Below, one piece after another: positions 1 through 6,778 of a DNA stretch of 20,000 nt. This DNA comes from an uncultured virus (IMG/VR IMGVR_UViG_3300006033_000021) (lineage: Duplodnaviria; Heunggongvirae; Uroviricota; Caudoviricetes): the IMG/VR virus record IMGVR_UViG_3300006033_000021. The stretch is one strand, 5' to 3'. The notes below the pieces were generated by a model, which was not told where the DNA came from, did not search any database, and saw only the letters and a list, made by a program, of their open reading frames with translations. How positions within the stretch are numbered: position 1 is the stretch's first letter; each line of letters begins with the position of its first letter. Both the position numbers and the translations under genes were made by a program.

Positions 1-1
1 A

Positions 2-121
2 ACACCTGATATAGATATGGATGTGGTTGAGAAATATGTTGAGGATAATCATAACGCCATAACCTCCGAGGATGTTTTGGAAGACCATATTGTGGATTGT
101 GCTTTGATTCAAAGCGCTTGA
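2..121 (+). CDS. 3' end of a hypothetical protein (truncated by the window edge)
   Basis: Open frame 2 (TPDIDMDVVEKYVEDNH...LIQSA*) ends at TGA 119-121, which overlaps the next promoter's TTGACA. Confidence 0.6.
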   Translation, partial: TPDIDMDVVEKYVEDNHNAITSEDVLEDHIVDCALIQSA

Positions 122-146
122 CACCTACCGCTCGTTGTGGTACGAT
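118..146 (+). promoter_or_regulatory. sigma70-type promoter
   Basis: TTGACA 118-123, 17-nt spacer, TG-n-TACGAT (141-146); AGGAG RBS before ATG 172. Confidence 0.8.
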
Positions 147-171
147 AGTGGTATAGGCAAGGAGTAATTGG

Positions 172-789
172 ATGTGGTCCTCCGATATCACTAAGGCATT
201 TGACTATGCGATGTATAATCATCGCACACAAACACGCAAAGCCATGGGGTCGGTTCCTTATGGATCCCACCTCATGGCTGTTACTGCTATTGTTTTAGAA
301 TGCGGCGGCACAGAGGCAGAAGCTATTGCTGCATTGCTGCATGATGTCGTTGAAGACACAGATCGTACACTTAACGACATTCAGGTGTTGTTCGGCGACG
401 AAGTGATGAGTATCGTTGCTCAAGTGAGCGAAGATAAGTCACTCAAATGGGAAGACCGAAAGCGAGCGGCTATTACGCATGTTACCGATATGACCGATTC
501 GGGTCTTTTGGTAAAATGTGCAGATGTGTTACATAACACTGGTACCTTGCTTTCTGATTTTGATAGTATCAACTGGTCTTTCTTTAAGAAGGGTAAGCAT
601 GTTACTCTTCACAAGTATAGTTCGGTACTCAAGGCGTTGGTTAATGAGGTGGCGCAGAGGCAGAACTTCGCGCCCGTCATAAGGGAGCGCTTGGATAAGA
701 CCTATGCTAATTTCCAGGAATTGGTGTTGACGCATTGTTGCGAATCAGATCCTCGAAAAGTCTACGATTGGTTTAAGGGAGAAGAATGA
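172..789 (+). CDS. RelA/SpoT-type HD-domain small alarmone hydrolase (Mesh1/SAH-like)
   Basis: Motifs H-x-x-Q-x-R-K, PYxxH, AALLHDVVEDT, VSEDK and KCADVLHN are typical of (p)ppGpp hydrolase HD domains; no synthetase domain. Confidence 0.88.
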   Translation: MWSSDITKAFDYAMYNHRTQTRKAMGSVPYGSHLMAVTAIVLECGGTEAEAIAALLHDVVEDTDRTLNDIQVLFGDEVMSIVAQVSEDKSLKWEDRKRAAITHVTDMTDSGLLVKCADVLHNTGTLLSDFDSINWSFFKKGKHVTLHKYSSVLKALVNEVAQRQNFAPVIRERLDKTYANFQELVLTHCCESDPRKVYDWFKGEE

Positions 790-1361
790 TGGATTCAATA
801 ACTGTACAGGCTATGTTGGTAGAGTTTGCGAAGACCTTTGATGCTGAACAGATTCGTTACGCTGTCATGCAGGATACGAATCGACAAATTGGTGGGGAAT
901 TTGTAGGTTTTTCTAATGAGGGACTCTTATATCAGGGCCTTTATAGTTATGATATTGACGTAATTACATGGCGGGAATTTGACGATATAAAGGATTGTGC
1001 CCCAGCTATTTATGAAGAGTTCCAAACCAAGCTGCAAGAGAAGATTCAGCTAAAAGCGGAGCATGAAAACCTGTTGACTTATCTTAGAGAGCGCGTTCGT
1101 ATGTTTGATAGAGATATCTCGTCTCATATAAGCGCAATCAAGGCTCTTTCTGCCTCTCAACAGGCAAGTCCGTTGTTTAAGGACTGGAAGAGTTTAATCG
1201 ATGATCGTCAGCAACGACTTAATCATGCAACGCTTGGTAAGTCGCTTTTGGAAGAAGCGCTGAAGAATCTGCGAGCCGTTTTTCTTGAGGATTTGCCCTC
1301 AGTAAAGCGTAATCTTGAAATTCTGCAAGCATTGAGGGATGACCCTCGTATGATTCCTTGA
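786..1361 (+). CDS. hypothetical protein, coiled-coil C-terminal half
   Basis: 191 aa ORF overlapping the upstream stop (ATGA). Confidence 0.75.
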   Translation: MMDSITVQAMLVEFAKTFDAEQIRYAVMQDTNRQIGGEFVGFSNEGLLYQGLYSYDIDVITWREFDDIKDCAPAIYEEFQTKLQEKIQLKAEHENLLTYLRERVRMFDRDISSHISAIKALSASQQASPLFKDWKSLIDDRQQRLNHATLGKSLLEEALKNLRAVFLEDLPSVKRNLEILQALRDDPRMIP

Positions 1362-1368
1362 GGAGAAA

Positions 1369-1815
1369 ATGATGTGTTTGAGTGATTGGTTACAGTTAAT
1401 TGAACGGGTTTCAGAGAAGTGGCAGAAGAATTACATCGAGGATTGCATGATTGCTCAACCAAAGCAATCATGGACCCGTCAGTATGGCAGGGCCATAACA
1501 CCCTATACCGAAAATTGCTTGATTTATAAGCAGTGGGTTATAGGCGGGATTACTGGGTGTGGATGGAGCGATAAAGACCAAGGCTATCCCAGAGATCCTG
1601 ATCCTGAACCGAATAATGATTTGCTGGATGCTATCTTAACAGAGGTAGCACCCGACATCAAGTATCTTCAGTATCGTAAGATTGAAGCACTGGAAAAGCA
1701 GTCATATTACGAAGAACAATCAGGATACTACGGTAATCGTAATAGGTATGCTGTTAAGACGATTGCCTTGAAAGATCTGTATGCGGCTCTAGTCGATATG
1801 GGATATCTTCAATAG
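1369..1815 (+). CDS. hypothetical phage protein (paralog of 18316-18738)
   Basis: GAGGAG RBS; C-terminal similarity to 18316-18738. Confidence 0.8.
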   Translation: MMCLSDWLQLIERVSEKWQKNYIEDCMIAQPKQSWTRQYGRAITPYTENCLIYKQWVIGGITGCGWSDKDQGYPRDPDPEPNNDLLDAILTEVAPDIKYLQYRKIEALEKQSYYEEQSGYYGNRNRYAVKTIALKDLYAALVDMGYLQ

Positions 1816-1848
1816 GATTCCAGGATTGTCAATGGGTATCAATACCAT

Positions 1849-2310
1849 ATGGACCTATTGAGGATAGTTTTAGCTAACATGCGCACACTTGAACAAGATC
1901 TGTATTCAATTGTGCCTGCTATTGTGGCGAGCGCGCAAGCGGCTTATAATAAGCATGATTTGTTGCCTGAGGATATCGAGGATTTGGCGGGTGGTGGTAT
2001 CTGTGATGATATCGCAGAAGCCATCGCAGAAGCCATTAATGAAGCTTTATTTTCGGGTGACTCAGATGTAGACGTTGAAGCTAAAACTGTTCATCATATG
2101 GACGAAAACCATACATTGGTATATGTTCGAAGGATACAGCAAAACGGTGGAGTCGAAGTGGTTATGGTTGATATTCCATACCATATCTATGAGACACAAA
2201 GGGGGTATTATCAGTATGATATTACTCCAAATGTGGTTTTCGAGCCAAATAATGTGCTAATCAATACTATTGATATCTCCTCCGAGGATTTTGACGCTTT
2301 AGACGAGTAG
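1849..2310 (+). CDS. acidic hypothetical protein with a possible Cys-His-Asp (papain/transglutaminase-like) triad
   Basis: 153 aa; GGGICDDIA ... ENHT ... VDIPY spacing. The functional hint is weak. Confidence 0.7.
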   Translation: MDLLRIVLANMRTLEQDLYSIVPAIVASAQAAYNKHDLLPEDIEDLAGGGICDDIAEAIAEAINEALFSGDSDVDVEAKTVHHMDENHTLVYVRRIQQNGGVEVVMVDIPYHIYETQRGYYQYDITPNVVFEPNNVLINTIDISSEDFDALDE

Positions 2311-2316
2311 TATAAT
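2291..2316 (+). promoter_or_regulatory. possible promoter of the Pth2 module
   Basis: Perfect TATAAT 2311-2316 followed by AGAG, similar to the other promoters here. TTGACG at 2291-2296 is only 14 nt away, which is non-canonical. Confidence 0.4.
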
Positions 2317-2334
2317 AGAGCTAGGAGAATAAGA

Positions 2335-2664
2335 ATGCGCAGATATTAGGACCAACACTTCTACGTACTGGTAAGGGATGACCTTCCCATTCCTCAACAA
2401 GCTGTTCAGGCAATTCACGCCGCTCACGAAGCAGCTTTACACTTAGTCGAACCTCCCCCTAAGATTGCATCATTGGTACTATGTTCTGTGCCAGATGAAG
2501 ATGCTTTACTTCGGGCTGAGCATGTCCTTAATATGAAGGGCGTGCGTAGCATTGTCTTTTATGAACCCGATATGGGTAATATCCCTACTGCTCTGGCTAC
2601 AGAGTATGTGACGGGTTCCACTCGTAAGTTGTTTAGTAAATATCCACTATGGGGAAAGGAGTAA
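2335..2664 (+). CDS. Pth2-family (peptidyl-tRNA hydrolase II-like) protein with in-frame TAG at codon 5 (2347-2349)
   Basis: AGGAG 2323-2327, ATG 2335. Translation MRRY*DQHFYVLVRDDLPIPQQAVQAIHAAHEA...SLVLCSVPDEDALL...GVRSIVFYEPDMGNIPTALATE...RKLFSKYPLW matches the Pth2-fold pattern VRxDL..Q..HA / EPD..TALA. 109 codons if read through. Confidence 0.8.
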
Positions 2665-2667
2665 ACC

Positions 2668-2709
2668 ATGTTGTAGGGCACGGTAGAACGCGCGCCTCCC
2701 ATTGGCTAA
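2668..2709 (+). CDS. amber-interrupted leader peptide ML*GTVERAPPIG (putative ribosome-arrest peptide)
   Basis: AGGAG 2657-2661, ATG 2668, TAG 2674-2676, CGC GCG CCT CCC (RAPP) 2689-2700, TAA 2707-2709. Confidence 0.7.
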
Positions 2710-2744
2710 CTAAATCGGTATGTTGCCCTTTTGCCAATGGAGAG
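2696..2744 (+). promoter_or_regulatory. RBS-sequestering hairpin (translational attenuator)
   Basis: CCATTGGC 2699-2706 is complementary to GCCAATGG 2733-2740, extendable by CTC/GAG; it covers the GGAG SD (2739-2742) of ATG 2750. Confidence 0.65.
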
Positions 2745-2749
2745 ATACA

Positions 2750-3118
2750 ATGTTAACTGAATATATCATCGACCGTTTAACCAAGATTCGTCAGCGTATC
2801 AAGGCTTGTGCTTACTATGTGACTAACCAGGAGCATTGCAAGCCTGAAGATTATGATGAGATCATTAAGACAATCAGCCCATATAGCCGTAGTTGTGAAT
2901 ACTATATGACTGCCTTGTTGAATCTACACCATAAGATTCGTGGTCATACTGAAAGTTATCACGACTATAAGCCAGCTAAGGATGGTTCTCATGATGGGCG
3001 ACAAAACTATGTGAGTAGCCTTCAGTATGCGCTCATGAAAGAACTCGACATTACCAAGGAGATGCTCGATATGATCGCTGCAAATGTCGAGGAATATCAA
3101 GCGCAGAAAGTTGCGTAA
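2750..3118 (+). CDS. hypothetical protein downstream of the RAPP leader
   Basis: GGAG SD 7 nt before ATG 2750 (preferred over 2720); 122 aa. Confidence 0.8.
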   Translation: MLTEYIIDRLTKIRQRIKACAYYVTNQEHCKPEDYDEIIKTISPYSRSCEYYMTALLNLHHKIRGHTESYHDYKPAKDGSHDGRQNYVSSLQYALMKELDITKEMLDMIAANVEEYQAQKVA

Positions 3119-3129
3119 TATTGCGCAAT

Positions 3130-3162
3130 GGGGCGGTGGGGGGGATGATTCTCCACCGCCCC
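3130..3162 (+). terminator. GC-rich hairpin closing the Pth2 module
   Basis: GGGGCGGTGGGGG 3130-3142 pairs with TCTCCACCGCCCC 3150-3162; no U-tract. Confidence 0.55.
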
Positions 3163-3212
3163 GAATACAGGAATTTTGAACCATAAGGCCGAATGAGATA
3201 TTGGAGGCTATG

Positions 3213-3620
3213 ATGCGATACTTACTAAAGTGCTTGACAGTTATAGTGCTATTGGCTACTCCTCTTTTTGGGCAATCGCTCAATGATCCTAATGTAACAG
3301 CTACAGCTAAAGGGCAATGTGTTGTTATTCCTCTTAGATATGCAGATGCACCAGCGTTGGCAATGCTATTCGCCAATTCTCAGTGTCAGGGGATGCCATT
3401 GAGATATCAGATGTTAATGATGATGTCTGGTGGTTTTGGTAATCAGGGCGGCATGGGCGGCGGCAATCAAAATCGCTACGGTGGCGGTATGGGTGGCTGG
3501 GGCAACCAGGGTGGCGGTATGGGCTACGGTGGCGGTATGGGCGGTTTTGGTAACCAGGGTGGCTACGGTGGTGGTCCGCGCGGCTATCAAGGCGGCTTTG
3601 GTCGTAACCGGAGAAATTAG
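3213..3620 (+). CDS. secreted protein: signal peptide, secretin-N (NolW-like) fragment and Gly-rich tail
   Basis: GGAGG RBS 3203-3207; signal-like N-terminus MRYLLKCLTVIVLLATPLFG; VVIPLRYADAPALAMLF motif; GGFGNQGG repeats. Confidence 0.7.
   Translation: MRYLLKCLTVIVLLATPLFGQSLNDPNVTATAKGQCVVIPLRYADAPALAMLFANSQCQGMPLRYQMLMMMSGGFGNQGGMGGGNQNRYGGGMGGWGNQGGGMGYGGGMGGFGNQGGYGGGPRGYQGGFGRNRRN
3428..3603 (+). repeat. imperfect coding tandem repeats (GG[F/W]GNQGG, YGGGMG)
   Basis: Repeated ggtggcggtatggg and aaccagggtggc units. Confidence 0.8.
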
Positions 3621-3823
3621 TGAGCGACCAACCCACAATACTTACTGATGAAAAAGGTAAGATAGTAACTTTATCCGAGTTGATGCGAGGAACTGTATAT
3701 GAGCACGCCTGTAAGCGAGGTGTTACTCATACAATTGACACCAATAGTAGATCGAAACTTCTGCGTGATCCAGTGGCGGGTATCCACTATCCTAAGTCCA
3801 AACCTCATAGGGGCTCAACCTAG
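3620..3823 (+). CDS. hypothetical protein
   Basis: GTG start overlaps the upstream TAG; GGAG RBS. Confidence 0.55.
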   Translation: MSDQPTILTDEKGKIVTLSELMRGTVYEHACKRGVTHTIDTNSRSKLLRDPVAGIHYPKSKPHRGST

Positions 3824-3850
3824 CTCCTAGAGCGGGCTATACGCCTCATC

Positions 3851-3884
3851 CTTGAAATGAAAAATGGGTACTTTTCATTTCAAG
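3851..3884 (+). promoter_or_regulatory. 13-bp perfect hairpin just upstream of an RBS
   Basis: CTTGAAATGAAAA 3851-3863 / TTTTCATTTCAAG 3872-3884. Confidence 0.6.
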
Positions 3885-3898
3885 CCAAGGAGATAAGA

Positions 3899-4201
3899 AT
3901 GAGTAGGGATCGTTCTTGGCGGCGCTCTCAAACCGAGCGGGTAATTCAACGACGCGGTAAATGCGTACAGATGTGGGGCTTCGACGAAGACCACCTCTGG
4001 GTTTCTCAACCCCACCGCTTGAGTAAGTATAATCTCGTCTGCGACTGTTGGATGTGCAATCATAAACATCAACGTCGCCATGCTGTTTCAGTAACAATGG
4101 GGCGAACATTGGTTCCATATGAAGCTGAAGATATTCTTGAAGTCCCATCGAATCTGCGGCGGTGTCTTAAGCTTCCGCATCCTGTTCAAAATGTGTGGTA
4201 A
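3899..4201 (+). CDS. small Arg-rich protein with a CxCxxC motif
   Basis: AAGGAG RBS before ATG 3899; MSRDRSWRRSQTERVIQRR...CDCWMCNH. Confidence 0.75.
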   Translation: MSRDRSWRRSQTERVIQRRGKCVQMWGFDEDHLWVSQPHRLSKYNLVCDCWMCNHKHQRRHAVSVTMGRTLVPYEAEDILEVPSNLRRCLKLPHPVQNVW

Positions 4202-4221
4202 GATTGGGTCATAGGTGCTAT

Positions 4222-4239
4222 AACTCCTATATAGGAGTT
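4222..4239 (+). promoter_or_regulatory. 18-bp palindrome containing the thymidylate synthase RBS
   Basis: AACTCCTATATAGGAGTT is its own reverse complement; AGGAG at 4233-4237; TG-c-TATAAC at 4216-4224. Confidence 0.65.
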
Positions 4240-4243
4240 TCAA

Positions 4244-5131
4244 ATGGCATTTACGACAATCACACCGGGGACACTACCCGTCGTCAACGTGAGTGGGGAT
4301 ACATTGCCCGAAGTATGGGAGGCAGCACTAGTTGCTGTATGGGACCATGGGGCGGCTATTCCCACTCAATACGACAAGCCCGGTGATCCACCTAGCAAAG
4401 ATGCTACAGCCATCTTAACTATCCACCATCCTCTACAAGAGCCCCGTATTCACCTCGCATTCCCAGGCGGTATAGCGGATCTAGAGATCTATCGCCAAGA
4501 AGTCGTAGATGGTATTCACGATCATTGGATTGATCCCAAAGCCGGCAAGTGGGAGTATACCTATCACGAGCGATTGTTTGATTACAAGGTTTTGGTAAAG
4601 CAAGATGCTGGGACGGTTTTTGAATGCCGGCCTATAAAGCATATCAATCAGATCCAATACGTAATTGACGCTTTAGTAGAAGCCCCTCATACACGCAGAG
4701 CCCAAGCTATTACTTGGAAACCGTGGGAGGATTGTGGTATTAGCGATCCCGCATGTCTCCAGTCATTATGGTTCCGTATATTTGATGATGAATTGGTAAT
4801 GAATGTTAGAATGAGATCTAATGATCTATTTAAGGCTACATTCATGAATCTTTATGCCTTTATAGATTTGCAAAGATTGGTGGCTGAAAAAGTATCAGAA
4901 AAGCTTGGTAGAGAAATCCGTGTTGGTCAGGTTAATCACCAAGTTGATTCTATGCATATCTACGGGTCTTATTATCAAGAGGTTGAGCGTTTCCTTGACA
5001 CAATGAAGAATAAAACCTTCAGTCAGAGGACTTGGAATGCTTGTGATTACGCTGATGTCTTTGAAGAGGCTAAGGCTGATATCAAAAAGTCTCTAGAAGA
5101 AGAAAAGCGCACAGGCAGAAAAGGAGTCTAG
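4244..5131 (+). CDS. thyA: thymidylate synthase family protein
   Basis: YTYHERL, TRRAQ, catalytic DPACLQ, MRSND, FMN (Asn associated with dUMP preference) and SMHIY motifs. Confidence 0.9.
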   Translation: MAFTTITPGTLPVVNVSGDTLPEVWEAALVAVWDHGAAIPTQYDKPGDPPSKDATAILTIHHPLQEPRIHLAFPGGIADLEIYRQEVVDGIHDHWIDPKAGKWEYTYHERLFDYKVLVKQDAGTVFECRPIKHINQIQYVIDALVEAPHTRRAQAITWKPWEDCGISDPACLQSLWFRIFDDELVMNVRMRSNDLFKATFMNLYAFIDLQRLVAEKVSEKLGREIRVGQVNHQVDSMHIYGSYYQEVERFLDTMKNKTFSQRTWNACDYADVFEEAKADIKKSLEEEKRTGRKGV

Positions 5132-5132
5132 A

Positions 5133-5534
5133 ATGGGTAACTGGTTTGAAATGTGTGGAATAGAAGATTGGACAGATTTAGATAAGGAATTCCCATCTTC
5201 TCCTGTGGTTCTAACTATTGATGAGGCTAAAGATGAGGATCGCTCATTTCCATTGATTTCAGCCGTTAAATTCAATGATGATGGAATGTATTTGATTTGG
5301 GTTGATAATTCTGTGTCATTAATAGAGTGGTCAACCTATAAAGACAACAGATATTATTTGGCTGATTTCTGTAATATGCATACGCCGAATTGGTTCGATG
5401 CGGCCCAGTCATTATTGGCCTCGGCGGGACTTACACCTAATGCTATGGGTGCGGCCTTTGCAATGACAGAAGATTGTCTAAGTAAAAGCCTGATGGAAGA
5501 AAACCCTACAGACAGAAAAGGCGTACAAGTGTAG
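5133..5534 (+). CDS. hypothetical protein whose C-terminus resembles the ThyA C-terminus
   Basis: AAGGAG 5121-5126; ends KSLMEENPTDRKGVQV. Confidence 0.75.
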   Translation: MGNWFEMCGIEDWTDLDKEFPSSPVVLTIDEAKDEDRSFPLISAVKFNDDGMYLIWVDNSVSLIEWSTYKDNRYYLADFCNMHTPNWFDAAQSLLASAGLTPNAMGAAFAMTEDCLSKSLMEENPTDRKGVQV

Positions 5535-5593
5535 GAAAGATTCACTTACAACAAGAAAGTTAGAGGGTAATAGGGATATTCGGAGGTTGAATA

Positions 5594-6097
5594 ATGGGTC
5601 CTGATCAAGTTCTACAAGTTATAGCAGCGCTTGGCGATTGGTTTGATAAAGCAAAATGCGAAGAAGAAGGCGCTCTTATGGACGCTACTTTAACCTGTTT
5701 TGCTAGTCGTCTTGGCGTTAATGATGAAGAGATTGCTAGACTCGCTGGGCTTGATGCTCCACAAGAGGACTATTATGCAGAACCTTTAGATGATTCACCT
5801 ATTGAATCTACTCCTGTTTCTAGTGATGTCGAAGTAGGTCCCGAGCCATCGACACCCTTGGATAAGGTGTTTGAGCTTTCTCAGGTTGCTGAGGAGATTG
5901 GCGGGCCAGTTGCAGATATGGCGCGTAATCTAAAAGAAGCCATTCCTGCGGTTGTGAAGGCACTTCGTGAATCGACTAAAACAGGCACCGATGTTGTCTC
6001 AAGTGAAGATGAAGAAGATGAATTGGATGAGCCTGACGATGGTGACGAGCCGATGTCAGACTTTAGTGACGATGATGAGGAATTCTACACGGAATAA
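5594..6097 (+). CDS. highly acidic hypothetical protein
   Basis: GGAGG RBS; D/E-rich C-terminal tail. Confidence 0.8.
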   Translation: MGPDQVLQVIAALGDWFDKAKCEEEGALMDATLTCFASRLGVNDEEIARLAGLDAPQEDYYAEPLDDSPIESTPVSSDVEVGPEPSTPLDKVFELSQVAEEIGGPVADMARNLKEAIPAVVKALRESTKTGTDVVSSEDEEDELDEPDDGDEPMSDFSDDDEEFYTE

Positions 6098-6129
6098 TCC
6101 AACATCCCACAATTCAATCTATGAAGTTC

Positions 6130-6157
6130 GGCCCGCCGATTGGCGGGCCATCTCTTT
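6130..6157 (+). terminator. probable intrinsic terminator
   Basis: GGCCCGCC-GATT-GGCGGGCC followed by ATCTCTTT. Confidence 0.65.
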
Positions 6158-6160
6158 AGC

Positions 6161-6189
6161 TTGACACACCCGACCCGGTGTGCTATCAT
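6161..6189 (+). promoter_or_regulatory. sigma70-type promoter
   Basis: TTGACA 6161-6166, 17-nt spacer, TG-c-TATCAT 6184-6189. Confidence 0.85.
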
Positions 6190-6274
6190 AGAGGTATGGA
6201 ACCAATCCATTCGGCGATTCGCTGTTGCGCGGCTCTAAGATTGGATACACAAACAACTGAGAAGGAATAGTACA

Positions 6275-6766
6275 ATGTCTCGATCTTTCGTTCTGAAGCC
6301 GAATGCCACTCGACAGTACCCTGTGGTTATTGAGTATGATGCTGATGTCAAGTATGAGATTTTCCAAGCCTTTACGGGTGTTGGCGAAGATCGTAAAATG
6401 ATCGGCATGGGTGGCGTGGTTGTTGCTTTTATGCCCACTGATCAGCCGGATACTTATCTCGCTGGTGTGAGTATGTGTTCGCCCGAGGATGCCTTTGATA
6501 AGGAACTCGGTAAGCTGAAGGCTCTTGGTCGTATTACTGCCGAGCGCGAACGCAGCACCTTTGGTGTTGTTAAGCCTGCTGATGTCTCAATGCGTCAGTT
6601 GGCTCGCAAGGTGGTGCTGGAATTCATGGATATCAACGGCGTTCGTGGACATCATACGGATTACATCCACGAGCATTGTTTGTTCCCTGAGGATATGCCT
6701 GAGGACCTGAAGGCTCGACTGGTTGAGCAGGTCGATGGGATTACTTCGGTTTTCTCTAAGGTGTGA
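6275..6766 (+). CDS. phage protein with a Gp49/Gp66-like motif
   Basis: GVSMCSPEDAFDKELGKLKALGR fits the G-x-x-x-C-x-P-x-D-x-F-x4-G-x3-A-L-x-R phage motif; AAGGA RBS. Confidence 0.7.
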   Translation: MSRSFVLKPNATRQYPVVIEYDADVKYEIFQAFTGVGEDRKMIGMGGVVVAFMPTDQPDTYLAGVSMCSPEDAFDKELGKLKALGRITAERERSTFGVVKPADVSMRQLARKVVLEFMDINGVRGHHTDYIHEHCLFPEDMPEDLKARLVEQVDGITSVFSKV

Positions 6767-6778
6767 GGAATGTGTTAT

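Noticed and set aside
2473..2664. ORF-track 63-aa protein starting at TTG 2473
   Set aside because: It has no RBS and removes the conserved Pth2 N-terminal motifs; the real frame starts at 2335.
2720..2749. ATG 2720 as start of the 2720-3118 ORF
   Set aside because: It lacks an SD; ATG 2750 has GGAG at 7-nt spacing.
3234..3262. Promoter at TTGACA 3234
   Set aside because: It lies inside a coding region and has no acceptable -10 at 17 nt (TACTCC).
3428..3603. CRISPR array or mobile repeat
   Set aside because: The repeats are in-frame Gly-rich codons without unique spacers.
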